A DNA stretch of 64,000 bases from Naegleria gruberi (taxonomy: Eukaryota). Shown here in pieces: positions 53,802 through 63,071 of this stretch; the first letter of the stretch is position 1, and each line of letters begins with the position of its first letter. Made by a program: the position numbers and the translations under genes. Location of the stretch: assembly GCA_000004985.1 (NCBI GenBank), contig GG738854.1; one strand, 5' to 3'. Below the pieces are notes generated by a model that searched no databases, was not told where the DNA came from, and saw only the letters and a program-made list of their open reading frames with translations.

Positions 53802-56531
53802 ATGGGTTTCTTCTCCAATTTATTTCATCATCACAATAAGAATGATCCTAAACACCAATCCGTTTCCGTTTCTTCCACTGCTCCTTCACTAACCTCTCCA
53901 CACACAATAGACGAAACCTCCCATGCCGACCAAGCTCTCGATCAATCCTTTCGTTCAACTGTCAGTTCAACTCACATCAATTCCAATACCTCATCCAGTC
54001 GTTTATCCATCGACTCAATGGCTTCCTCCTTCTCCAATGCCACACAATACAACTCAACTCATAAACATTCAATGAGTAATCCATTTCATTTCCTTCACAC
54101 TCACACTTCACATCATAATCCACAGAGAATGAGTGTTCGTGATTTTGCTCGACAATATTTGGAAGTTTTGGAGAGTGAAAAGAGGAGAGAATTGTTGAAG
54201 AGTGTTTCAATGATACAGACAAACTATTCGAATGGTGGTTGTGTGAGTGCGAATCAGTCGTTGCATGCAATTGTTGGTGGTGCTGCTGCTGCTACAGTAG
54301 TGGGTGATAATGTGAATTCGAATAATGAGAATTTGGTGAGTGAGGAGGCAACTGTTTCGAATGGAATTGCAGAGGTGAATACAGAGTCAACGACACTGGT
54401 GACAGCTGTTGATAATTCAAACACTTCCAATGAGGATGTTGCAGTTAGTAATGAAAATAATCGTCTCAGTATTGAAAATTCACAACTTATCAGAAATATC
54501 AAGAAACAACATGTAAATAATGAGGAGAAACAAACTTTTAAAAAGTTTATTATTGAAAATGAAAAGTATATTCAAACACTCGATGAAATTTATCAAGTTT
54601 GCATTTATGGACAAGTTGAAAGATTGAAGGAACTTGTCTCTGCACATAGTGAAAAATCCGGAAGAAAATTTTCACTCACAATGGCAAGTTTGAGAATGAC
54701 TGGTTCTGTAATTGATATGAGTGGTGATGCAGAACATAAGAATGTAAAGAAACAATCGTGGAGTCATTGTACTCTGGTTCACTTGGCTGCACGTTTCAAT
54801 CAGGTCGATGTTTTAGACATGCTCTTGAAAGAATTTACCAATGAAGATAATCTTTCAGATGTGCTGAATTGTGAGGATGATATTCATGCAACTCCATTGT
54901 TCCATGCTGTGACTGCTGGAGCCATTGAGGCAACTACATTTTTATGCAGTTTCACTCAACAAATCAAAATTAATGTAAAGGACATGTTTGAATGCAGTCC
55001 ACTTTGGTATGCTCTCAATAGAAAAGACTTTGAAATGGCCAATATTTTATTGACATTTGGTGCTGACATGTTCTTTAAAATTCATGGTGGAGAATCCTAT
55101 CTCCATAGAGCTTGTGACAATAATGATATTGCCATGGTTAAGTATATTCTTCTAGGTATTGGAGTGGACGATGAGATTGATTTGACCAATCAAAAGACTT
55201 TACAAATATTCGAGGAGAGACAGAACTTATTTTTGAGAAGTGATCAAAGACATCAAACACCTCTCTTCAATTCTATCAAATCCTATCAGGATAATATGAA
55301 GAAACGTAAATCTGATACTCTTCCATCTCCAAATGAAGCTCCAAATCCACAAAAGGAACAAGTGATGGACTTTTTATTAAGCTTTTTCAATGAACATGCC
55401 CCAGTGTTATTGCAGAAAGCTTTAGATCAAACGAATCACTATGGACACAATGTATTCCACTTCTGCGCTGAGCAAGATGCATTCCAGCAATTGCTCAAAT
55501 TAATCAAATATTTTGAAACTGATGAAAAGCTCAAGTTTGCCCTAAATCTCAAAGACAAAATTCTAGGTAACACCCCACTCCATATTTCTATAATGACAAG
55601 TCATTATGATATTTTTAAACTATTTATTAATTGTAGTGAAGTTGAGTTGAATATTCCAAACCAACAACTAGATTTACCACTCCATGTAGCCCTAAGACAA
55701 CACAAGTTGAGAATGTGTCAATATCTCTATATTCACTATAGTCAACAAGATTTAGAAGTTAAGAATGCTCAAAGATACTCCTCACTGAAATTGGCCAAGA
55801 GATTGGACATTAACATGAAAAAGCTTGCAGAGGGTTCAACAGAAGAATTTGAAAAGAAGAAGATCGTCAAGAACACTTCTGAAAAGAAATGGTGGCACAT
55901 TTTCAAGATTCACAAGCAAAACAATCAACAAGATTCCAGAAAGAGCATGGTTGAAAAGGGCCATACAACACCTCTCGAAGAAATTTCTCAAAATGAAAGC
56001 GAGTTCACCTCATCAACTGATGCCTCTTCCTCTGATTTATCGGCTCAAAGAACAACCTTCCCTCTGGTTATTTGGACTAAGGAGCTGACATTGGGAGTTG
56101 ATATTATTGACACTCAACACCATGCCCTTGTTGACATTATCAACAAGTTGATCAAATTATTGTTTGGAGAAGATAATGCTTTTATTCCTGACAGATCAGC
56201 AGATGAATGGATTCTGGGTTATATAATTGGCAATCTACTCGAATACACTGAATTCCATTTTGAAACCGAGGAGAAAATTATGTCCAAATATCAGAAAATA
56301 CTTCCAGATGGTTATTTAGATGAACATCATCAAGAACATGTCGAATTCACATCGAAAATTCACAAATTGCATCAAGAATACCTTGAAAGTCACTCCACTC
56401 TATCCTTCCTCAATGTGGATTTGTTGAATTATTTACTGAACTGGCTAGTTACTCACATCATGGGAAGTGATCATATTTTGGTTTCTCATCTTAACAAGGG
56501 TATGAAGGAGGGCCAAAAAATCGAATTGTAA
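53802..56531 (+). CDS. ankyrin-repeat protein with C-terminal hemerythrin-like (HHE cation-binding) domain (909 aa); N-terminal Ser/Thr/His-rich low-complexity region
   Basis: ANK repeats (…TLVHLAARFNQVDVLDMLL…, …TPLFHAVTAGAIEATTFLC…, …SPLWYALNRKDFEMANILLTFGAD…, …YLHRACDNNDIAMVKYIL…, …TPLHISIMTSHYDIFKLFI…). C-terminal FPLVIWTKELTLGVDIIDTQHHALVDIINKL ... ILGYIIGNLLEYTEFHFETEEKIMSKYQ ... YLDEHHQEHVEFTSKIHKL. This matches the bacteriohemerythrin pattern W-x-x-x-[LF]-x-[VL]-G-x-x-x-[IL]-D-x-[EQ]-H-x-x-L ... Y-x-x-x-H-F-x-x-E-E ... H-x-x-E-H. Confidence 0.65.
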   Translation: MGFFSNLFHHHNKNDPKHQSVSVSSTAPSLTSPHTIDETSHADQALDQSFRSTVSSTHINSNTSSSRLSIDSMASSFSNATQYNSTHKHSMSNPFHFLHTHTSHHNPQRMSVRDFARQYLEVLESEKRRELLKSVSMIQTNYSNGGCVSANQSLHAIVGGAAAATVVGDNVNSNNENLVSEEATVSNGIAEVNTESTTLVTAVDNSNTSNEDVAVSNENNRLSIENSQLIRNIKKQHVNNEEKQTFKKFIIENEKYIQTLDEIYQVCIYGQVERLKELVSAHSEKSGRKFSLTMASLRMTGSVIDMSGDAEHKNVKKQSWSHCTLVHLAARFNQVDVLDMLLKEFTNEDNLSDVLNCEDDIHATPLFHAVTAGAIEATTFLCSFTQQIKINVKDMFECSPLWYALNRKDFEMANILLTFGADMFFKIHGGESYLHRACDNNDIAMVKYILLGIGVDDEIDLTNQKTLQIFEERQNLFLRSDQRHQTPLFNSIKSYQDNMKKRKSDTLPSPNEAPNPQKEQVMDFLLSFFNEHAPVLLQKALDQTNHYGHNVFHFCAEQDAFQQLLKLIKYFETDEKLKFALNLKDKILGNTPLHISIMTSHYDIFKLFINCSEVELNIPNQQLDLPLHVALRQHKLRMCQYLYIHYSQQDLEVKNAQRYSSLKLAKRLDINMKKLAEGSTEEFEKKKIVKNTSEKKWWHIFKIHKQNNQQDSRKSMVEKGHTTPLEEISQNESEFTSSTDASSSDLSAQRTTFPLVIWTKELTLGVDIIDTQHHALVDIINKLIKLLFGEDNAFIPDRSADEWILGYIIGNLLEYTEFHFETEEKIMSKYQKILPDGYLDEHHQEHVEFTSKIHKLHQEYLESHSTLSFLNVDLLNYLLNWLVTHIMGSDHILVSHLNKGMKEGQKIEL

Positions 56532-56634
56532 ATAAAAATTTAATCCAAACTGTATCAATAATTTTAGAAATAATCTATTAATTATTTATCTTATGTTTTT
56601 CCACACATTTCAATTAAAATAATATTTTGTACAA

Positions 56635-57567
56635 TTAATCCTTCTTTGATTTCTTTCCAGACTCTGTTTGTTTGGCATCCTTCTTTTCCTTCTTTTGTTT
56701 TGGTTCTGTAGTGGAAGGTGAAGCTGGCTTAGCAACTGGTTTTTTAGATGGAGTAGACCACCAAGCACTGACAGCATCAGCAGCGTCCAAAATAAGTGGG
56801 AATGTAACAAACACTACCATAATGATATAAACTGAATTATAAGCAATGAGATATAAAACAGTAGATTTGGCTCCCTCATCTCCAACAACACTTTCCAAAT
56901 AATAATAACTCAAAGCATAGAAAACAGAGCAAACAAATGGCATTTTCAATCTCCAAGATGGATTTGCCAAAAAGGTACTAATTCCATAATCTGCCTTTTT
57001 AAGAACCAAATGAGCTTCAATAACATTCATTATTAAACTTCCACCAACAGCACTAAGATAACCCAAAAGGGCAGGGAAAAAGATGGTAGAAGAATGATTT
57101 TCACTTCTAGCCAACTTTAAAAAGAACAAAGTGCTAGCACACAATGCACAAGCACGTCTAAATTCGTTTGGCAAAGTCAAAACATATTTGAGAATTGGAT
57201 GAGCGAACCAGGAAGAGAAGCTTTCCTTTGCTCCCTTTGAACGGAAGAGAATATAGGAACAGACAGACCATACCCCCAATCCACACCACAACCTAAAATC
57301 ATTAAAGATGAAAGGAGCTGGTTTTCCGACGAGAATTCTAGAAATAGTTCCACCTCCTTCTCCCATCACAATAATATATACCATAGCCATGACGATATTC
57401 ATCTTGGTTGAATCATATCCAGCAGCAGCATAATATCTCTTAATGATGAGCAAGTGCTTGAGAACATACAATACCTGAAACAAGGTAATTGCGATCCAAA
57501 CATTTTCGAACAATCGGAACGAGTTGAGATCAAACTCTTGTATGAGAGAAAGAACAACTTTGGACAT
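56635..57567 (-). CDS. polytopic membrane protein, TRIC (TMEM38)-type intracellular cation channel-like (310 aa) with Lys-rich C-terminal tail
   Basis: About 7 hydrophobic helices. Two glycine-rich intramembrane motifs (IVMGEGGGTISRILVG and LSAVGGSLIMNVIEAH), as in TRIC TM2/TM5 kinks. Polybasic C-terminus PKQKKEKKDAKQTESGKKSKKD. ATG at 57567. Confidence 0.45.
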   Translation of the reverse strand: MSKVVLSLIQEFDLNSFRLFENVWIAITLFQVLYVLKHLLIIKRYYAAAGYDSTKMNIVMAMVYIIVMGEGGGTISRILVGKPAPFIFNDFRLWCGLGVWSVCSYILFRSKGAKESFSSWFAHPILKYVLTLPNEFRRACALCASTLFFLKLARSENHSSTIFFPALLGYLSAVGGSLIMNVIEAHLVLKKADYGISTFLANPSWRLKMPFVCSVFYALSYYYLESVVGDEGAKSTVLYLIAYNSVYIIMVVFVTFPLILDAADAVSAWWSTPSKKPVAKPASPSTTEPKQKKEKKDAKQTESGKKSKKD

Positions 57568-58438
57568 TTTTAATTTATTAATTTTAATAACAATAATAAT
57601 TTTAATGATGTGACGAGGGAGTGTAAAATTTATGATGACCTTTTTTATCTTCTCTCGTTTTAGTAAAATTAAATCGATATGGCTTAGTGAGATGCATCGA
57701 TAGTAGATAGCAAATTATATCATTAGAGTTGGGTGGAAGAAATTTATTGGAATTGAATATGGAGAGTCATCATTGTGTTGATTAGAACGGAGCTCACAAT
57801 TAATTGAAGACCTTGGGTCGTCAAATTGTCTTATCAACTTCTTCAAATTACCTTTCTAATTGGCTCTTCTCCAAGTTTCTCATTATTGCCTCAATAATGA
57901 ATTGTCAGATTTGTCATCTTTGTGGCTTCTTTAAAAATGTAGTATTATCGTCAAGAAGTATGAAAATCAAGTTTAAACTTGTGACCAATTTTTGCTTCTG
58001 AAGAGTCAATAGTCATGGCATTGGTGTATCGACATTATGATTTTGGCTACAGTTGTGCTGTATTGGTAGAACGGCAAATGAAACTCTTGGTTTTTGCTTC
58101 TTTCTTTGCTGATCCATGTTGTTAACCTCCTTCCGATGATGGTTGCACCATGATTTTACCATGATTTTGGGTAAGTGAGAAGAAGGATAGGAGTTTCAAT
58201 GAACTTGAAAGAGAAATTACCAGATTGAATGAAATTACATGACGAATTTGTTTGGTGTTGTTGTGTGGGCTTTGTATTGTTGGATGAGGTTTTTTTTACT
58301 GCGTTCAACCTCCAAAACATTTCATTGTAAAATTCTAGTCACCCGTTAATGATAGAAAATTTGTTGAAAAAAAAAATCGCAAGGTGAGTAACCTCATAAC
58401 GTTATAGTTTTTTCTTACAATTATTATCAGAATTCAAA

Positions 58439-58924
58439 ATGCCACACAGCTTCGGTTATAGAGCCAGAACCAGACACACCTTCGCCAGAGGTTTCAGAGC
58501 CCACGGTATTCTCTCATCAAAGTTCTTCTTGACCAACTTCAAGCTTGGTGATTTCGTTACCGTCAAGGTTAACAGTAACGAACACAAGGGTATGCCACAC
58601 AGAATTTACCACGGTAAGACTGGTAGAGTCTGGAACGTTACCCCAAGAGCTGTTGGTGTTGAAATCACTAAGCAAGTCAGAGGTAGAATCATCAACAAGA
58701 GATTCCACGTCAGAATTGAACACGTCGTGAAGAGCAAGTGTAGACAAGACTTCTTGGAAAGATGTAAGCTTAACAACAAGATTGCTCTTGAAAATAAGGA
58801 TAAGCCAGTTGAACAAAGAAAGAAGTTCGTCAAGAGACTCCCAGCTCAACCAAGACCATCTTTCACTTTGAAGGTTGAAAATGTTGTTGATGTCATTCCA
58901 CCAGAATTCGTTGAAACTGCTTAA
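58439..58924 (+). CDS. rpl21: 60S ribosomal protein L21e (161 aa)
   Basis: MPHSFGYRARTRHTFARGFRAHG...GDFVTVKVNSNEHKGMPHRIYHGKTGRVWNVTPRAVGVEITKQVRGRIINKRFHVRIEHV... matches the eukaryotic L21e family throughout. Probable 47-nt 5'-UTR intron at 58384..58430 (GTGAGT...TATCAG). Confidence 0.9.
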   Translation: MPHSFGYRARTRHTFARGFRAHGILSSKFFLTNFKLGDFVTVKVNSNEHKGMPHRIYHGKTGRVWNVTPRAVGVEITKQVRGRIINKRFHVRIEHVVKSKCRQDFLERCKLNNKIALENKDKPVEQRKKFVKRLPAQPRPSFTLKVENVVDVIPPEFVETA

Positions 58925-59202
58925 ATTTCATAATAAATTAATCATAAAAATTCAAAAACATTTAATTTTCTATTAAATATCATCATTAAATTTTCATACT
59001 TGCCGTATTTTCATTCAACGTTTTCCATCATGTGATTAGATAAATTTTTGTTTGATGCCTCTTGCTTGCAATCCATCAAATTACCAATTTTTAACGGTTG
59101 CAATGTTCAAATATTACTTGTACAGTTTGAAAAAAATAACGAATCACCACATAGCAATCCCTTTCGCTTGATCATCAAGTTGTACAAGCAAAAGATTTAA
59201 AA

Positions 59203-62200
59203 ATGCAAGAATCCATTATGAGTGCTGAGACTCTAGAAGAGGGTGATGCTAACGCTTTAAATTTAATAAATAGTTTAGTAACTGCGGAAGAGGAACAACA
59301 ACTTCAACATCATCATGCTCACCACCAACATCATGATTTTACAGAACTGACAGATAATCATTTTCTTGGTGACCATCATTCTGCTACCACTCCAACCCTT
59401 TCCGATTCTAAAATTCATCATGACAATGAGATACATTCCGTTACGGATGAAGAACATTTATTCAATTTTAATTTAGGTAGTGGAACAACTCCAACTAATC
59501 AACCACACCGAGATGACGATTCATCCTCTCATCATCTTGTTGGTAATTTTGATTCAACAACCTCTACTCCAATAGTACAAACAAACACAGGTCAGCCTTT
59601 GGATGATAGGGATCGATTATTAAAACGAATTAATGAATTAGAAGAACAAGTAAGAGCTTTGATAGAAGACAACAAACAAAAGACTGATGCATTTAATGTT
59701 ATCACACAACATAATATTGATTTATCATATCAATTACAAATTATTCAATATTACCATCCCGAATTAATATCAGCAATTCCTCCACCAAGTGCTGCTAATC
59801 CAACACCAAATTCTCCTCTCATGTTATCACCAAATAATCACCACCAGCAACATATTGCAACTACATCACCATTCTTTTCAAATCCAACAGGTATTACGCC
59901 ATCTTCTCACTTTTCAACTTCTCCAGGCGTATTATCAAATATTACATCACCAATGACCTCTCCTTCTGCTAATACTCCCAACATGTCAAATAATATTAAT
60001 GGAATTTCACCAAATCTTCAACCTTCATTGGTTCCAAATAATCCAGCAGGTTATTACCCACTTCATCATCCACATTTAATGCAACCAACTCCTCTCATTC
60101 CACAACAACCAAAGAATGGAACAAAAAAGAAGAAGAAAAAAGGAGAATCACCTGCAGTTAATTCTTCATCATTTCAATCACCAATTTCCTCTGTAACATC
60201 TCCAACTTCCTCTGTACCATTAAATAAGAAACAGACTAAAAAGAAGAGAAAACATGAAAGTGATGGAGAGGAAACTTCCGAGTCTGAAGATGAAACACCT
60301 GAAAATGCCACTTCTACCCCTTCAAACCTTCCACCTGTTAATACTCATTTACCACCACCACCTTCATCAAATCTTCCACCAAAACCTAAAGTAACACTTC
60401 CACCTCAACCATCTAAGCATTTGCCAAAGCTTCCACCAAGATCTCTACTTCCTGGTATGGATCCTTTTGCTATGCACGCTACAACACCTTTTCCATTTCC
60501 ACCTCCTTCTGGTTTACCTCATCCACCATTGGGAATGAGTGAACATCCTTTAATGATGGATCCATCACTTCTTCAACATCATATGGCTCATCATTCTTCA
60601 GAAGCTCCTTCTCCAGGTGCCTTCTCACCAATGGGAACAACAGCTGAAACTCCAGGTGCATCAAATCAACGAAGAAGAAGTAAAAAGGGTGAAGGAATTG
60701 AGAATAGTGATAGTAGTGAGACATTAAATCCATCCAATGCTGAATTAGAAATTAGAAAATTATTTGGAAAAGTTAACAATGGAGGAAAACGAGGTATTTT
60801 AGCTGTTCATGCAGGTGATGGTTTGGAAGCTGTTAAAGAAATTATCAGACAAACTCTGGATCAGGTAGAATTACTAAAGAATCGATCTGTTACAGAGTAT
60901 AATTCTAGGAAAGAAAACAATGCTATGAATTGCATTAACAAGGCTTTGGATTTATTACACCAAGCAACACGTGGAATAGTTGGAGGTTTATTACAATTAT
61001 TAGAGTCGAGTATTTCTCAACTTTTAGATGGTACAAGAGATAATTGGGGTTTAGAAATAGCTAAAATGATGGAAAAGAGTTGGTTAGATTTATTCTCAGT
61101 TATATTTGTAGAATCTGAAATCACCAGCTATACACAATTAGGTACTCTTGTTGATCCTATACAAATGCAAAGTTGTCTTGAAGAACTTCAATCATTTGGA
61201 AAATCTCTTTCTTACTTTAAATTTGACCATCTGACTAGAGTGTTCAATATCATGTTTGGTTACATGAAGAAGAATAACTCTGTAGAGTGGTATCTGGGCT
61301 TTTGTTTACAAATCAGATATTACAAAGAGTATTGTGCCAAAATGATTGAACTTTATCACTATGAAGATTGTTTTAACAATATTGTAAATAATATTCTCAC
61401 AGGAAATGCTCACTCTGAAAGAACAGGAGATTATAAGGATGAAGATAAGACATATCTTGTCGAGTATGCTGTTTTATGTCTCACTAAAATTTATGATCAA
61501 TCTGTAGAAATTGTCAGACAAGAATATATTGATAACCACATTGAAGATAGTATGCCAATCAACTTGTCAAATACTCAATATTCAGAAATGTTGGAAAAGA
61601 TAATGGGTAGCTGTGTAAATATTCAAAATATTGTTTTATACCCAAGAGAATTAGTCCCTCTACTCAAATTTTTGTTAAAGGTTTTCCCAAGTGATGAAGC
61701 TTTTATAGATGGAGGAGGTTTGGGAGAAACAAGACAAGATATTAGACATTTAACATTTATTGCAGATCTTTTATTTATTATGAGTAGATTTATTGTTGAA
61801 TTAGATGAATATAACGAAACCATTGATTCTGTCAAAGCAGTAGGAAGAAAGATTGTACTAGAATGTACAGACAACCTCCTTCAAAAGCTGATTAAGATTA
61901 GATTTGAAGGTGCTGCAACACATTTGAAGGAAATTTTGGAAACAAATGACCTTTTCAAGATGAGTATTGCTCAAATTTGTGAGAAGGCTGTTTGGATACC
62001 AATTCATCAAGAGGAGAAGGATTATAACTGGAAGTCTCTCCATGACTATAATGAAACTCTGCAGATCAAACAAGATGAAGCTGCTGTTACTGTTAGAGGA
62101 AAACTTTTGGAACATTTGAAAATACTATTACCTGGTGCATCTCAATATTTATCAGTAATGATTGATTGTATTAATTATGCACTTGGTTGTAAAATTGAAA

Positions 62201-62790
62201 ACAGAAGTAATACCAGTTATGAACAATTTTTCAATGTCATGAAGAGAATTGGCGTTCACTATTTACAAAGTCATAGAGAAGCCCAATGGGAAGAACTACT
62301 TGCAAAGATTTACTTTATTCACTCTAGGAAAGTTAAACTGAAGAAAATGTTAAAACAATGGAATACAGAATTTAAGGGCAAGATGGAAACCAATGTCAAC
62401 TGGTATGATCAATTATTAGGAGAGAATTATGTAGAGACAGAACCTCTTGTTTTGCTACCAAAAGTTGAAGAAAAACCTCCAGTTCCAATATCTGCTCTGC
62501 AGCCACAACCTGTCCTTAATCCAGCCACCACAATCACTTCAAATACACCAGTCACAAGCACTACCAACGCAGTCACACCTACAACAATTACTCCAGTGAC
62601 TTCTACCACTTCCTCAACACCCTCCTCTGGTGGTCTAACCACACAAACCCTTAAAAGAAGAAAAACTAAACTGGTCAAAGTAGAGGAAGTTTCCTCAAAT
62701 GGAAACAATTCATCTTATCCAAACTCTACAAACGCCTCAACTACCACCACAACTACAGCAGCAGAGGATGATATGGAAGAGGACGAATAA
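59203..62790 (+). CDS. large low-complexity (His/Gln/Pro/Ser/Thr-rich) protein, 1195 aa, with a conserved-looking globular C-terminal half; function unknown, probably nuclear
   Basis: Single ORF with ATG at 59203. HHHAHHQHH, poly-P/S/T tracts, KKKKKKGESP basic patch, short coiled-coil (RLLKRINELEEQVRALIEDNKQK). C-terminal about 650 aa free of low complexity. Confidence 0.45.
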   Translation: MQESIMSAETLEEGDANALNLINSLVTAEEEQQLQHHHAHHQHHDFTELTDNHFLGDHHSATTPTLSDSKIHHDNEIHSVTDEEHLFNFNLGSGTTPTNQPHRDDDSSSHHLVGNFDSTTSTPIVQTNTGQPLDDRDRLLKRINELEEQVRALIEDNKQKTDAFNVITQHNIDLSYQLQIIQYYHPELISAIPPPSAANPTPNSPLMLSPNNHHQQHIATTSPFFSNPTGITPSSHFSTSPGVLSNITSPMTSPSANTPNMSNNINGISPNLQPSLVPNNPAGYYPLHHPHLMQPTPLIPQQPKNGTKKKKKKGESPAVNSSSFQSPISSVTSPTSSVPLNKKQTKKKRKHESDGEETSESEDETPENATSTPSNLPPVNTHLPPPPSSNLPPKPKVTLPPQPSKHLPKLPPRSLLPGMDPFAMHATTPFPFPPPSGLPHPPLGMSEHPLMMDPSLLQHHMAHHSSEAPSPGAFSPMGTTAETPGASNQRRRSKKGEGIENSDSSETLNPSNAELEIRKLFGKVNNGGKRGILAVHAGDGLEAVKEIIRQTLDQVELLKNRSVTEYNSRKENNAMNCINKALDLLHQATRGIVGGLLQLLESSISQLLDGTRDNWGLEIAKMMEKSWLDLFSVIFVESEITSYTQLGTLVDPIQMQSCLEELQSFGKSLSYFKFDHLTRVFNIMFGYMKKNNSVEWYLGFCLQIRYYKEYCAKMIELYHYEDCFNNIVNNILTGNAHSERTGDYKDEDKTYLVEYAVLCLTKIYDQSVEIVRQEYIDNHIEDSMPINLSNTQYSEMLEKIMGSCVNIQNIVLYPRELVPLLKFLLKVFPSDEAFIDGGGLGETRQDIRHLTFIADLLFIMSRFIVELDEYNETIDSVKAVGRKIVLECTDNLLQKLIKIRFEGAATHLKEILETNDLFKMSIAQICEKAVWIPIHQEEKDYNWKSLHDYNETLQIKQDEAAVTVRGKLLEHLKILLPGASQYLSVMIDCINYALGCKIENRSNTSYEQFFNVMKRIGVHYLQSHREAQWEELLAKIYFIHSRKVKLKKMLKQWNTEFKGKMETNVNWYDQLLGENYVETEPLVLLPKVEEKPPVPISALQPQPVLNPATTITSNTPVTSTTNAVTPTTITPVTSTTSSTPSSGGLTTQTLKRRKTKLVKVEEVSSNGNNSSYPNSTNASTTTTTTAAEDDMEEDE

Positions 62791-63071
62791 ATGCTTTGCC
62801 ACTTATTGAGAGATATAACATGGAGAGAAAATCTTGTGAACAGTTTGATTCTGTCTCTGTAAGGAAGTCGATTAAGGGATATTAAGGGATCACTTCCTTT
62901 AAAAAAAATTGTACATGACCAATGATAACAAGAAGCACCACAACTACCGACAGGCACGGTCATCACTTCTCCTCACCACCGCACTCATTGTTGTTGTCAT
63001 CTGGATCATGTCCTCCTCGACCCTTACTACAAAAACAACAGTACTGTTCAAATGTAATAATAAGATTAATA

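Noticed and set aside
58517-58849. Antisense and alternate-frame ORFs overlapping rpl21
   Set aside because: The sense frame encodes a full-length, highly conserved L21e. The others are statistical ORFs in a GC-richer, highly expressed gene.
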